Origin: an uncultured Clostridia bacterium | GTDB taxonomy: Bacteria; Bacillota; Clostridia; Lachnospirales; Anaerotignaceae | Assembly (NCBI GenBank): GCA_944378105.1 | Contig: CALWGC010000022.1 | Span: forward strand, 96,944-160,943 | Length of the DNA stretch: 64,000 bases | Direction of reading: 5' to 3' | Shown here: piece by piece, positions 44,721 to 54,937 of the stretch | How the letters are laid out: every line of letters starts with the position of its first letter | Numbering within the stretch: position 1 is the first letter of the stretch | Notes under the pieces: model-generated | What the model saw: the letters and a program-made list of their open reading frames with translations, nothing else | Database searches by the model: none | Told to the model about the DNA's origin: nothing | Position numbers and translations under genes: made by a program

Positions 44721-44842
44721 ACGCTCTCAACCTCGCTTTTTCATACTCGCACGCTTCATTCACTTTCACATTTCAAATACCCAATACTGTTATTGTAAGG
44801 AAAAAAATAGCATTTGTCATGGGACAGGAATGGAAAAGTGTG

Positions 44843-45541
44843 TCATAAATGCGCGAATTTTTCTGATTTCTCCCTTCTTTTGGATGGGTTGTTCTGCGCT
44901 TTGCCCTCGCTTCTATCATCCCCAGGCGCTTTTTCTGTTACCTTCCCCTCTCTGTTTGCCTGTTCTTGGCTTACCTTTGTCATATGGGCCAAAACCACAT
45001 CCCAAACGCCTTTCATCCTGGCCATCAGTTGTTCCGGCGGCAACTTGGCTCCATGGGAAACCCAACGAAAAATGGTAATGACGATGGCATCATTTAAAAA
45101 CTGGCTATAAAACTGCTCCATTTCTTCCATCTCCAGCCCTTCCCGACTGGCTGCATAGGCCATCTCTGTATGTCCCAAAGAATGATGCTCTTTTCCATAG
45201 GAAAACAAAAACTCCCAGAAATACGTTCGAAAAGAATTTTGTCCTGTATATTTCAATAATTGACCATAATACCCTCTTTGCTCATAAAAACAACGGCAAA
45301 TGCAGTCCATCCAGGCCCATTGGTCACTTTGGTCTATCTTTTGCAATTCCTCTACAAATTCTGTATCAAAAATCCACTGCACCAAGTGATACTTGTCCTG
45401 GAAATGATAATAAAACGTTTTTCTCCCTATGCCACAAGCATGACAAATCATGCTGACATTGACTTTTTCAAAGGGTTGTGTCTGCATCAAATCTTTCAGC
45501 GCCTGGGCCAATGCTTTCTTTGTTTTTTCAGAATTTGCCAT
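44843..45541 (-). CDS. TetR/AcrR-family transcriptional regulator
   Basis: ORF trimmed to MANSEKTKKALAQALKDLMQTQPFEKVNVSMICHACGIGRKTFYYHFQDKY (TetR HTH). Confidence 0.8.
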   Translation of the reverse strand: MANSEKTKKALAQALKDLMQTQPFEKVNVSMICHACGIGRKTFYYHFQDKYHLVQWIFDTEFVEELQKIDQSDQWAWMDCICRCFYEQRGYYGQLLKYTGQNSFRTYFWEFLFSYGKEHHSLGHTEMAYAASREGLEMEEMEQFYSQFLNDAIVITIFRWVSHGAKLPPEQLMARMKGVWDVVLAHMTKVSQEQANREGKVTEKAPGDDRSEGKAQNNPSKRREKSEKFAHL

Positions 45542-45628
45542 CTTTCTCACCATCCAATTTCTTCTGCTCTGTCTTGGTTTCCACCAATCCCTTCTTTCTA
45601 AATACGAAAGAAAACCCTTTTTTCTTTC

Positions 45629-45668
45629 CCCAAAAGGGCCTTCTTTTCCGAAGAAAAGAAGGCCCTTT
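45629..45668 (-). terminator. Intrinsic terminator after the SIMPL-domain gene
   Basis: Perfect 16-bp stem AAAGGGCCTTCTTTTC / GAAAAGAAGGCCCTTT with loop CGAA, then UUUU on the minus strand. Confidence 0.7.
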
Positions 45669-45724
45669 GAAACCACATCGTTACCAATGGAACAACTTTG
45701 TTCCACCCTCACTCTGTTATATTT

Positions 45725-46468
45725 TTATTTTCCAAACAAATACCATACCTGTACCGAGGCATTGACTTCCACATCGTCATAACGAATTTCCGGTACCGCC
45801 ATATCTTCTGCCACTGCACCCTTGGCGTTCATGGGAGCCATGCTGGAACTGGTGACTGCTTCTTCATAGCTGTTATAGTTTTGGTCCACCTGCACACTGT
45901 GTACGCCTGTCACCTGCATCCCCATGGAAGAAGCCGTAAAGTCGGCCGTTTGTTTTGCATTGGTCATGGCTGCGGCCAATGCTTTTTGGTACAAAGCATT
46001 GGTGTCTTTGACAAAGAAACGGGCATTGCCATCCACATAGGCCCCCGCATTAACGGCCGTCTGCATCAAGGCCCCAACGCCGTCCACGTCATCCGTTTCC
46101 ACCGTAAAACGCTGATACGCCCGGTACCCTTCCAAGGTTTCTTTTCCCGTTTCCGGTTCATAGGAATATTCCGGCGTTACATAATAACTGCCGCTGATGA
46201 TGTCCTCTTTGTCCACCCCATCTGCCACCAAAGCCTGCACCAAAGTTTCTGCCTTGGTTGCATTTTCTGCCTGTGCTTTTTGTGCCGTGTCTGCTTTGGT
46301 TTCCACAGAAAAATACATGCTGGCCCGGTCAGGGGTGGCACTGGCGCGGCCGTTTCCCGTCACCTGGATAGTGTTTTGCACCGGCTCTGCCGCAAAGGCC
46401 GTACTGGTTCCAAAGACCATCAGCGCCCCCATCGTCAAAGCAATGATTGTTTTCATTCCGTGTTTCAT
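45725..46468 (-). CDS. SIMPL (DUF541)-domain secreted protein
   Basis: 247 aa with a signal peptide (MGALMVFGTSTAFA). IQVTGNGRASATPDRA...ETKADTAQKAQAENA is typical of SIMPL/LpsM-like proteins. Confidence 0.8.
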   Translation of the reverse strand: MKHGMKTIIALTMGALMVFGTSTAFAAEPVQNTIQVTGNGRASATPDRASMYFSVETKADTAQKAQAENATKAETLVQALVADGVDKEDIISGSYYVTPEYSYEPETGKETLEGYRAYQRFTVETDDVDGVGALMQTAVNAGAYVDGNARFFVKDTNALYQKALAAAMTNAKQTADFTASSMGMQVTGVHSVQVDQNYNSYEEAVTSSSMAPMNAKGAVAEDMAVPEIRYDDVEVNASVQVWYLFGK

Positions 46469-46548
46469 ACAAATCCCTCCTTTAAAATCCGATCTGATTC
46501 TTATAGATTGATACGAGCAGAAAAAGGAAAAGGTTCCCTTTTTTTTGC

Positions 46549-46591
46549 AAAAAAACAGCCTGCTGCAAATTTTTTTGCAGAGGCTGTTTTT
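46549..46591. terminator. Intrinsic terminator, bidirectional in appearance
   Basis: AAAACAGCCTGCTGCAAA / TTTGCAGAGGCTGTTTT flanked by A and T runs. Lies ~160 nt downstream of the htrA stop on the minus strand. Confidence 0.65.
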
Positions 46592-46753
46592 CGTCTATTT
46601 CAAAAGGGAAGGATAAGAAAATAATTTGAAGAAAAATAGGATACTTGCATCTATTTCAAATCGATTTTATCGATGTGTGTCTGCCATTTCTGGCCTTTGG
46701 TTGGTTTTTTGATTTTTTGGTTTTGATTGTTTCTCGTACTTTTCCAATGCTCT

Positions 46754-48217
46754 TTATTGCGATACCTGGTTGGCATCATAGATTGGAACTTGCAATGTCA
46801 CAGAGGTATTGCCGTCCCGGATGACATTCATTTCCACGGTGGTACCCACCTGTTGTTCAGCCAGAATTTCCGTCAGGCGGTCCATAGTCATCACCGTCTG
46901 TCCTGCCAAGGAAACAATGATATCGCCCGGTTCCAAACCGGCTTCTTCTGCACCGCCGCCAGGCAGTACATCCCGAACCAGTACACCGACAGGCAGCTGA
47001 TACAAATCGGCCACTTCGTCCGTAATATCCTGGCCCATAATGCCTAAGTACGGTCTTGGTTTCGTACCTTCGTCTTTCAGCCGGTACATCACTTCTGTTA
47101 CGGTGTTACTTGGGATGGCATAGCCCATGGCTTCCCCATCCACCGATTTTGCTGTGTTAATGCCAACCACTTGGCCTTGGAAGTTCACCAGGGCGCCGCC
47201 GCTGTTACCAGGGTTGATGTTGGCACTGGTTTGCATCACGTCCAAATCGCGGCCATCCACTTCAATGGTTTTGTTTAAGACACTGATGATGCCGTCGGTG
47301 GCACTTTTGCCCTGACCAAGGGCGTTACCGATGGCAATGACGTTATCGCCAACCCGCAGAGAGTCGCTGTCGCCAAATTCTGCTACGGTGATGTTATCGA
47401 TGCCTGCCGTATGGAAATCGGCAATCTTGGCTTTCACCACAGCCAATTCTGCCATGGCATCTGTCCCAACCACTTCTGCTTCAATGGCTTCTACGCCAGT
47501 GACAGAAACAGAAATTTGTTTTGCGCCTTCTACCACGTGATTATTGGTCACAATATAAACATACTCTTCGTCGGTATCAAAAATCACACCCGAGCCGGAT
47601 TCTTCACTTTCATAAGGCACCAAAAAGCCATAATAATTGGTGGTGCCGGTGGAAGAAACACTGATATTCACCACGGCCGGAGATACTTTTTCCACCACAT
47701 CCGCCGCCGTCATTGCACCATTTTGTGTCCCCACTGTGACTGCCCGGTCCGCTGCAGCACCTCCCGTTTCGGCTACGCTGGCTGTTTCTTTGGAAGGGTT
47801 AGAAAAATATTTTTCTGCCCAAGCATAAGAAGTGCCAACACTTAACCCGCCGCATACGCTAAGTACCAGACAGGCTGCAATTACTTTGCGAAAACTTGTG
47901 GATTTTTTCTTTTTTCTTACGGTTTCTTTATAATAGGTGTCGTTGCCGGAAGAATGTGGTGTTCTTTCGGTTGCAGGCTGCTGGGATTGCATCGCTGTGG
48001 TTGCTTCGCCGCACGAAGAAGCAGGTTGTTGTGTTTGTTCCTGCGATGATTGTGCTTGCTGCATGTGCGAAACTACCTGTTGTTGAGCCCTCTCCTCTTC
48101 GGCTCTTTTTGAGGCATATTCTTCCATGGAAACTTGTTGCTCCATCACCTCCGGTTGTTGTTCTTCTTCTGTATGATTTTGTGGATGTAATTCGTGATTT
48201 CTTTCCATTTCATCCAT
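46754..48217 (-). CDS. HtrA/DegP-family S1C serine protease with a PDZ domain and a long Gln/Glu-rich cytoplasmic N-terminus
   Basis: 487 aa with a TM anchor (VIAACLVLSVCGGLSV). Catalytic segments TNNHVV, D, and NPGNSGGALVN. C-terminal PDZ (GVLVRDVLPGGGAEEAGLEPGDIIV). Confidence 0.9.
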   Translation of the reverse strand: MDEMERNHELHPQNHTEEEQQPEVMEQQVSMEEYASKRAEEERAQQQVVSHMQQAQSSQEQTQQPASSCGEATTAMQSQQPATERTPHSSGNDTYYKETVRKKKKSTSFRKVIAACLVLSVCGGLSVGTSYAWAEKYFSNPSKETASVAETGGAAADRAVTVGTQNGAMTAADVVEKVSPAVVNISVSSTGTTNYYGFLVPYESEESGSGVIFDTDEEYVYIVTNNHVVEGAKQISVSVTGVEAIEAEVVGTDAMAELAVVKAKIADFHTAGIDNITVAEFGDSDSLRVGDNVIAIGNALGQGKSATDGIISVLNKTIEVDGRDLDVMQTSANINPGNSGGALVNFQGQVVGINTAKSVDGEAMGYAIPSNTVTEVMYRLKDEGTKPRPYLGIMGQDITDEVADLYQLPVGVLVRDVLPGGGAEEAGLEPGDIIVSLAGQTVMTMDRLTEILAEQQVGTTVEMNVIRDGNTSVTLQVPIYDANQVSQ

Positions 48218-48361
48218 CTCAATTACCTCCTTTTGTTTTGTGTTCTTTGAACTTTATGGTTTTATTATAGTGTCAACATTTTAATAAAATATGAACAAGA
48301 TGTAAAAGAATGTCAATAAAATTTGAGATTTTTGTAAAGAATATTCAAAAACACTAGGTTT

Positions 48362-48418
48362 CATACAAAAAAAGAACGACTTCCTTTGGATTTTTTGCTC
48401 CAAAGCAGTCGTTCTTTT
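48362..48418 (-). terminator. Intrinsic terminator after the FtsW/SpoVE-family gene
   Basis: On the minus strand: AAAGAACGAC...GUCGUUCUUU with an inner CUUUGGA/UCCAAAG helix, followed by UUUUUUG. Confidence 0.7.
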
Positions 48419-48437
48419 CCATTGCTTTTTCTATGGA

Positions 48438-49718
48438 TTATTTCAGTTTATAACGGCTGATGTTTAACAAGATCCCCATACTGCCCAAGGTGAACACCAT
48501 ACCCGATCCGCCATAGCTGATGAAAGGCAGCTGCATCCCCGTATTGGGCATGGAGTTGGTGGCCACGGCGATATTGATAATCACCTGTACCCCAATGAGC
48601 ATGACAATACCGGCTGCAACCAAAGTACCATATAGATCTCTGGCTTCGATGGCAATTTTCGTTCCTCGCCATACCAGCACCATAAACAGCAGTATGACAA
48701 TGGCAGCCCCCACCATGCCCAGCTCCTCACAGATGATGGCAAAAATAATGTCGTTATAAGGTTCCGGCACAAAAAACTTCTGCCGGCTTTGCCCAAGCCC
48801 AAGCCCGAACATCCCGCCGGAGGCCACGGCATACAAGCTTTGTACAATCTGGAATCCTTTGTCCAGAATGTCCCCAAAGGGGTCCAGCCACGCCCGGATA
48901 CGACTCATCCGATACGCAAACATGGGCAGTAACAACAACAACGCCAGCGCCGCCACGGCGCCAAAACCCGCCACCACAAAGTACCAAATTTTGGGACTTG
49001 CCACAAACAAAATGGTCACCCCGATGGCAAAAATAACAATGGCCGTACTCAAGTTGGAAATGGCCACCAACGCCGTCGGCAAGGCCAAAACACCTACGGC
49101 CTTTAAAAATCCTTTCAAAGACCCCAGTTCCTCTTGATGGCGGGCCACATAGTCGGCCAAAAACAAAATCACGGCAATTTTGGCCACTTCCGAAGGCTGA
49201 AACCCAATGGGCCCCACCCCAAGCCAACGCTTGGAGCCTTGAATTTCTTCTCCGATGATCTGTACCAACACCAGACAGACCACCGAAAACCAATAGGCGA
49301 TCCCGCCAAAGCGGCGCACCACCCGATAGGGGAAATGGACCATAATGGCTAACCCCACAAACCCAATGGCACTCCAGGCAATTTGCAGCTTGACAAAGTG
49401 ATACATGTCGCCCCCAAAGGAGCTATGGGTCAATGCATAATAATAACTGGAGCTAAATACCATCACAATGCCAAAGAGCACCAAGCTGATGATGACCAAC
49501 AGCAAAATGGTGTCTATGCTGCCTGGCTGACGCGGTGTATGCCCATGGGCTTGGGGCAACTGTTCCGGTGGCGCATCCTCTGGCACACGGCGGCGTTTTC
49601 TCCGTTCTTCTTCCAAAGAGCGGATGTTGTTTTTTCGTTTATTGTTTGGCTTTGGCGCCGGTCGAGACGGCGCCTGATTGCGCTGCATTTGTGACAAAGT
49701 GTTGCGAATGGTCCTCAC
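48438..49718 (-). CDS. FtsW/RodA/SpoVE-family SEDS protein (peptidoglycan glycosyltransferase)
   Basis: 426 aa, ~10 TM segments, with a basic ~70-aa N-terminal extension. Sits in the conserved position after murD in the dcw cluster. Confidence 0.9.
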   Translation of the reverse strand: MRTIRNTLSQMQRNQAPSRPAPKPNNKRKNNIRSLEEERRKRRRVPEDAPPEQLPQAHGHTPRQPGSIDTILLLVIISLVLFGIVMVFSSSYYYALTHSSFGGDMYHFVKLQIAWSAIGFVGLAIMVHFPYRVVRRFGGIAYWFSVVCLVLVQIIGEEIQGSKRWLGVGPIGFQPSEVAKIAVILFLADYVARHQEELGSLKGFLKAVGVLALPTALVAISNLSTAIVIFAIGVTILFVASPKIWYFVVAGFGAVAALALLLLLPMFAYRMSRIRAWLDPFGDILDKGFQIVQSLYAVASGGMFGLGLGQSRQKFFVPEPYNDIIFAIICEELGMVGAAIVILLFMVLVWRGTKIAIEARDLYGTLVAAGIVMLIGVQVIINIAVATNSMPNTGMQLPFISYGGSGMVFTLGSMGILLNISRYKLK

Positions 49719-49739
49719 CCCCTTTTTGTTTCCTCTTGA

Positions 49740-51098
49740 TTAAAAGCGGCAAACCGCCTCCTTGAACAAATCGCCGCGTTGTTCATAGTTATCAAACATA
49801 CCCCAGCTGGCGCAGGCCGGCGAAAGCAAGACACAATCTCCCTCCTGGGCCATCTGGCGGGCCATTTGGATAGCTTCGTCAAAGGTATCGGCAAAGCAAT
49901 AGGCTGAAAAACCATATTTGTCACAGCAGGCAGCAATTTTCTTTGCCGTCTGACCAATGAGAATCAGTTGTTTCACCCGGCCGTCAAACAGTTTCACCCA
50001 GTCGTCGTACTCGGCCCCTTTATCATAGCCGCCGCCCAACAGCACACATGGCTTTTCCATGGCCAAAATACCGCGGATGGCTGCATCCACATTGGTGCCC
50101 TTGCTGTCGTTATAATAGTCCACACCATCCACCGTTTTCACATACTCAATCCGGTGGGCCACGCCGGCAAACTGGCGCAGCACAGTGCAAATTTCTGCTT
50201 CCGAAATACCGGCACACAAAGCCATGGCCACCGCCGCCATGACGTTTTCATAATTGTGTACCCCCAAAAGTTTCAATTCCTTCACCGAAAGAAGCGCATG
50301 GCTTTGCCCCTCTCTACTTACCATGATATGCCCGTCTTGCAGGAAAATGCCATCTTTTAATGGCTCTTTGGAGCTGAAAAAGACGGCCTTGGCTTCCGTT
50401 TTTTGGGCCATAGCCCGTGTGACAGGGTCGGCATGGTTCAAAATCACAAAATCGTCTTTGGTCTGTCTTGCAAAGACCCGCTCCTTCATGGCAATATAGC
50501 ATTCCAACGTTTTGTGCCGGTCCAAATGGTCCGGCGTAATATTCAGCACGGCGCTGATATGTGGATGGAACAAATCGGCCGTTTCCATTTGGAAAGAGCT
50601 GATTTCTGCCACCACATAATCGTCTTTGGTCAACCGCTCCACTTCTTCGCTATAGGGTACCCCGATATTTCCCACCACGGCCGTGTTGGGGTATTGGGTT
50701 TTCATCAATTCTCCCGTCAGCGCCGTTGTGGTGGTTTTGCCGTTGGTGCCGGTAATGGCAATGATAGGGCAAGGAGTAAAGCGGTAAGCAAACTCCACTT
50801 CGCTGATGATAGGGATTTCTGCTTCTCTGGCCAGCTGCAAAAAAGGCAAGTCAGTGGGAATCCCGGGACTTACAATCACCAAATCCTTCTGGGTGATGAT
50901 GTCGTCCGGGTTTTTCCCCAGAAAAAGGGTCACGCCGGCCTCTTCCAAGGCCGCTAAGGCCGCCTGATTTGAAAATTGCTCTCTTTGTTTCAAATCGGAA
51001 AGCGTCACCTTGGCGCCTTTTTTTGCCGCCAACATTGCCGCCGCCATACCGCTTCTGGCCATGCCGCACACCAATACTTGTTTGCCTGCAAGTTCCAT
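49740..51098 (-). CDS. murD: UDP-N-acetylmuramoyl-L-alanine--D-glutamate ligase
   Basis: ORF trimmed to MELAGKQVLVCGMARSGMAAA. ITGTNGKTTT P-loop. dcw position. Confidence 0.95.
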   Translation of the reverse strand: MELAGKQVLVCGMARSGMAAAMLAAKKGAKVTLSDLKQREQFSNQAALAALEEAGVTLFLGKNPDDIITQKDLVIVSPGIPTDLPFLQLAREAEIPIISEVEFAYRFTPCPIIAITGTNGKTTTTALTGELMKTQYPNTAVVGNIGVPYSEEVERLTKDDYVVAEISSFQMETADLFHPHISAVLNITPDHLDRHKTLECYIAMKERVFARQTKDDFVILNHADPVTRAMAQKTEAKAVFFSSKEPLKDGIFLQDGHIMVSREGQSHALLSVKELKLLGVHNYENVMAAVAMALCAGISEAEICTVLRQFAGVAHRIEYVKTVDGVDYYNDSKGTNVDAAIRGILAMEKPCVLLGGGYDKGAEYDDWVKLFDGRVKQLILIGQTAKKIAACCDKYGFSAYCFADTFDEAIQMARQMAQEGDCVLLSPACASWGMFDNYEQRGDLFKEAVCRF

Positions 51099-51118
51099 GT
51101 TTCGTTCCTCCCGCCTTC

Positions 51119-52063
51119 TTACAGCGCCAAAAAGGCAATCAGACATGCCAACGCCGTAATCATATAAAATACTGTTACTACTCTCGTTTCGCTCCAACCC
51201 ATCAGTTCGAAATGATGGTGGATGGGCGCCATTTTGAAAATCCGTTTGCCGGTCAGTTTGAAGCTAGCCACCTGCAAAATCACCGAAATGCTTTCGGCCA
51301 GATAGATGATGCCCACCAAAAGAATGAACAGCGGCATCTGAAACCATAACGCCACCGCCGCCACAAAACCGCCCAAAGCCAGAGAACCGGTGTCCCCCAT
51401 GAATACTTTGGCCGGATAGCTGTTAAAGAGCAAAAAGGCCATCAAGCCGCCCACCACGGCTGCACAAACGAGAGCCGCGTTACTGCCTGCTTGCCAACAG
51501 ATAATGAGAAAGAACGTGGCCACCAAAAGGGTTACGCCACTGGCCAAACCGTCCAGGCCGTCGGTAAGGTTAACGCCGTTAACGGTACCCAAAATCACCA
51601 CCACAAAAAACGGCCAATAGAGAATGCCCAAATCCCAGGATACCTGCAAAAAGGGCACAGTAATTTCGGTGCTGCCCACCTGGGTATGGAAGTAAAACCC
51701 GAAAATCGCCACCACAATCAACTGCAAAATAATTTTTTGATAAGCCCGAAGCCCCAAAGACCGTTTTTTGACCACCTTAATATAGTCATCCAAAAAACCG
51801 ATGATGCCAAAGCCCAGCGTCACCAGCAAAATGGCCATGGCCTCTGTGCTTTCTCTGGCAAAGATCACGCCGGTAATGACGATGGCCGCCAAAAAGGCAA
51901 TGCCGCCCATGGTGGGGGTACCGCTTTTTTTCAAGTGGCTTTGTGGCCCGTCTTCCCGCTCCGTTTGGCCATATTTTAACCGGTGCAGCACAGGAATCAG
52001 CAAGGGGCAAAAAATGGCCCCCAAAATAAAACTAACAATCACCGCATAACAAGCTTCTAACAA
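51119..52063 (-). CDS. mraY: Phospho-N-acetylmuramoyl-pentapeptide transferase
   Basis: 314 aa, polytopic. PTMGG, NLTDGLDGL and MGDTGSLALGG motifs. Confidence 0.95.
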   Translation of the reverse strand: MLEACYAVIVSFILGAIFCPLLIPVLHRLKYGQTEREDGPQSHLKKSGTPTMGGIAFLAAIVITGVIFARESTEAMAILLVTLGFGIIGFLDDYIKVVKKRSLGLRAYQKIILQLIVVAIFGFYFHTQVGSTEITVPFLQVSWDLGILYWPFFVVVILGTVNGVNLTDGLDGLASGVTLLVATFFLIICWQAGSNAALVCAAVVGGLMAFLLFNSYPAKVFMGDTGSLALGGFVAAVALWFQMPLFILLVGIIYLAESISVILQVASFKLTGKRIFKMAPIHHHFELMGWSETRVVTVFYMITALACLIAFLAL

Positions 52064-52064
52064 C

Positions 52065-53417
52065 TTATTTCACCTCTTGTAATTTTTCGGCAATCCGGTG
52101 CAGCGCCATGCTGTGGGATGCCTTCACCAATACCGTATCCTTCTTGGAAAAATAGCCCTGCCAAGGGGCGTCAAAAAACGCTTCCACCGATGGAAAATGC
52201 ACGGCCTTGCCGCCGGCTTCTTCCATCCCTTCTGCCAAAGAGCGGCTTAAGGGCCCAATGGCAATACAAAGGTCAATGCCGTTTTGTGCCGCAAAGGCCC
52301 CCACTTCCTTGTGGAAAGATGCGGCGTTTTCCCCCAATTCCAGCATATCCCCAAGGACAGCCACCTTCCGCCCTTCCACCTGAGAAAGCACTTGCAGCGC
52401 CGCTTTGGTGGAAACGGGGTTGGCATTATAACTATCGTTTAAAATGGTGCAAAAATCCGTTTTCGTCAGCTGCATCCGCATGCCCGTCTGGGCAAAGCGG
52501 CCAATACCTTGGGCCATTTGTTGTAACGAAAGGCCCAGATGGTATCCCACGGCGGCGGCCGCCACGGCGTTTAAGACCATGTGCTCTCCCGCAGCCGGCA
52601 GCGTCACTTCCACCTCCTCTTCCCCATGGCAAAGGGTAAAGGCCGTTTGGGTTAACCCCAGGGGGCGAATGTTTTTGGCATAAAAATCGTTGTCCGGCGA
52701 AAACCCAAACCAAAGGGTGCGAGGCCGGTCTTTGCCCAAAGTCAAAAGCATATCATCCTCGCCGTTGAGTACGGCAATGCCATCGGGAGAAAGACCTTCA
52801 AAGATTTCGCATTTGGCTTTTAAAATACCTTCTCGGCTGCCCAGGTTTTCGATGTGGGCCACGCCAATATTGGTGATGACTGCCACCGTCGGCTTTGCAA
52901 TGGCCGTCAGATAAGAAAGCTCGCCAAAATGGTTCATGCCCATTTCGATCACGGCAGCCGTGTGGCTTTCTTCTAATCCAAATACCGTCAGCGGTAACCC
53001 AATATCATTATTGAAATTTCCCGCCGTTTTGTGCACAAAAAATCCTTCCGAAAGGACGGATGCAATCATTTCTTTTGTGCTGGTTTTCCCCACACTGCCG
53101 GTCACGGCCACCACAGGGATGGAAAACTTGCTGCGATAATGGGCCGCCAAGTCCCCCAGGGCTTTTTTCGTGTCTTTGACGAAAATGGCCCGGCTTGCCG
53201 TCGTTTCCTTTTGGCTTAGCACACAGGCGGCGCCGGCTTCTTCGGCCTGGACCAAAAAATCATGGCCGTCAAACCGTTCCCCCACCAGTGGGATGAACAG
53301 CGCCCCCGGCGCAATCTGCCGGCTATCGGTGGTCACGGATGTGACGGTGCCCGAAAAATCCCCTTTTTTCTGGCCGCCTACGGCCTTTGCGATTTCCTCG
53401 ATCTCCATCGGTATCAT
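52065..53417 (-). CDS. murF: UDP-N-acetylmuramoyl-tripeptide--D-alanyl-D-alanine ligase
   Basis: 450 aa. VTGSVGKTSTKE P-loop. Overlaps murE by 4 nt. Confidence 0.95.
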   Translation of the reverse strand: MIPMEIEEIAKAVGGQKKGDFSGTVTSVTTDSRQIAPGALFIPLVGERFDGHDFLVQAEEAGAACVLSQKETTASRAIFVKDTKKALGDLAAHYRSKFSIPVVAVTGSVGKTSTKEMIASVLSEGFFVHKTAGNFNNDIGLPLTVFGLEESHTAAVIEMGMNHFGELSYLTAIAKPTVAVITNIGVAHIENLGSREGILKAKCEIFEGLSPDGIAVLNGEDDMLLTLGKDRPRTLWFGFSPDNDFYAKNIRPLGLTQTAFTLCHGEEEVEVTLPAAGEHMVLNAVAAAAVGYHLGLSLQQMAQGIGRFAQTGMRMQLTKTDFCTILNDSYNANPVSTKAALQVLSQVEGRKVAVLGDMLELGENAASFHKEVGAFAAQNGIDLCIAIGPLSRSLAEGMEEAGGKAVHFPSVEAFFDAPWQGYFSKKDTVLVKASHSMALHRIAEKLQEVK

Positions 53418-54865
53418 TTGTCTTCCTCCAAAAATGCTTCTTTCACCACTTCCACATCGTCAAAGTGGATGGTACGATCGGCAAAAATTTGATAATCCTC
53501 ATGGCCCTTTCCGGCCACCACCACCAAGTCCTCTACTTTCGCCATAGCAATGGCCCGGAAAATAGCTGCTTTTCGGTCGCAAATCATTTCATAGGGGCAG
53601 CCCGTTTCCTTTGTCCCCACTTCCACATCCAGCAAAATGGCCTCTGGGGTTTCACTGCGGGGGTTATCGCTGGTGATGATGCAATAGTCCGACAGCCGCC
53701 CGGCCACTTCACCCATCATAGGCCGTTTGGTTCTGTCCCGGTCCCCGCCACAGCCAAAGACGGTGATGATGCGGCCTTTGACAAATTCTTTGGCGGTGTT
53801 TAAAATATTTTCCAATCCGTCCGGCGTATGGGCATAGTCCACCACAGCCGTGGTGCCTTTTTGGCTTACCACCGGTTCAAAGCGGCCCCGCACGCCGCGA
53901 ATGGAAGAAATCCCCTTCAAAATGGTTTCCATGTCAATGCCCATGAAAAGACAGGCCCCAATGGCCCCCAGGGCATTATAAATGCTAAATTTTCCAGGAA
54001 TTTGCAGACGCACCGGATACGTCTTTCCTTCATAATCCAATTGAAACGAAACGCCGGTGGCGTCAATGGCAATCTGTTCGGCCTGCAAATCGGCCCCATG
54101 GTCGATGCCAAAGGTGAGCACTTGACCCTTACACTGGTCTTTCATATAGGCCCCCGCCTCGTCGTCCACATTGACCACTGCTTTTTTGGCCATCTGGAAC
54201 AAAATGCCCTTGGCGTTGCGATAATTTTCCATGGTTTTATGATAATCCAGATGGTCGCGGGTTAAGTTGGTGAAAATGGCCACATCAAAATCCGTCTCGT
54301 CCACCCGGTGCAAATCCAGGGCATGGGAAGAAACTTCCATCACCACATCCGTTACACCCGCTTCTTTCATTTCACCAAAGAGAGCCTGCAAATCCAAACT
54401 TTCCGGCGTGGTGCGGCCAGTGTGCAATTCCTTTTGGCCAATCATGTTTTGGATGGTGCCAATGAGGCCCACAGTTTTTCCCTTTTCTTCCAGCACCCGT
54501 TTGATGAGATAGGTGGTGGAGGTTTTGCCGTTGGTGCCGGTAACGCCAACAAGGGTCATCTGGCGGGAAGGATGGCCATAGAAAGCCGCCCCCAGCTGGG
54601 CCAGCAACTTGCGGTTATTGTTGCAAAAAAGTACAGCCACATCCTTTGGCAGTGCCACTTCCTTTTCCACCGCCACCGCCACGGCACCGTTTTCCAGCGC
54701 TTTTTGCACGTATTGATGGCCGTCGGTCTGAAAGCCCGTGATGGCCACAAACAGATACCCCGGCTGCACTTGACGGGAGTCATAGGCAATGCCCTTAATT
54801 TCCACTTCGTCGCTGCCTTGCAGCAGTCTGCCGTCTGTTTCCTTCCACAATGCGCTTAATTTCAT
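53414..54865 (-). CDS. murE: UDP-N-acetylmuramoyl-L-alanyl-D-glutamate--2,6-diaminopimelate (or lysine) ligase
   Basis: ORF trimmed to MKLSALWKET (RBS GGAGG). VTGTNGKTST P-loop. GGDRDRTKRP near the C-terminus, where DNPR appears as SDNPRSE. Confidence 0.95.
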   Translation of the reverse strand: MKLSALWKETDGRLLQGSDEVEIKGIAYDSRQVQPGYLFVAITGFQTDGHQYVQKALENGAVAVAVEKEVALPKDVAVLFCNNNRKLLAQLGAAFYGHPSRQMTLVGVTGTNGKTSTTYLIKRVLEEKGKTVGLIGTIQNMIGQKELHTGRTTPESLDLQALFGEMKEAGVTDVVMEVSSHALDLHRVDETDFDVAIFTNLTRDHLDYHKTMENYRNAKGILFQMAKKAVVNVDDEAGAYMKDQCKGQVLTFGIDHGADLQAEQIAIDATGVSFQLDYEGKTYPVRLQIPGKFSIYNALGAIGACLFMGIDMETILKGISSIRGVRGRFEPVVSQKGTTAVVDYAHTPDGLENILNTAKEFVKGRIITVFGCGGDRDRTKRPMMGEVAGRLSDYCIITSDNPRSETPEAILLDVEVGTKETGCPYEMICDRKAAIFRAIAMAKVEDLVVVAGKGHEDYQIFADRTIHFDDVEVVKEAFLEEDK

Positions 54866-54937
54866 GGCAAGTAACCTCCGCTTTCCGTTTCCAAGATTTG
54901 TTCTCTGTTCCAATATACCACAAAGTAGCCTCTCTGA

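Noticed and set aside
43294-44842. A RiPP-type cluster (radical SAM maturase plus precursor peptide).
   Set aside because: The flanking 60- and 122-bp gaps contain only 10-15-codon ORFs without an RBS. No protease, transporter or second modifying enzyme is present.
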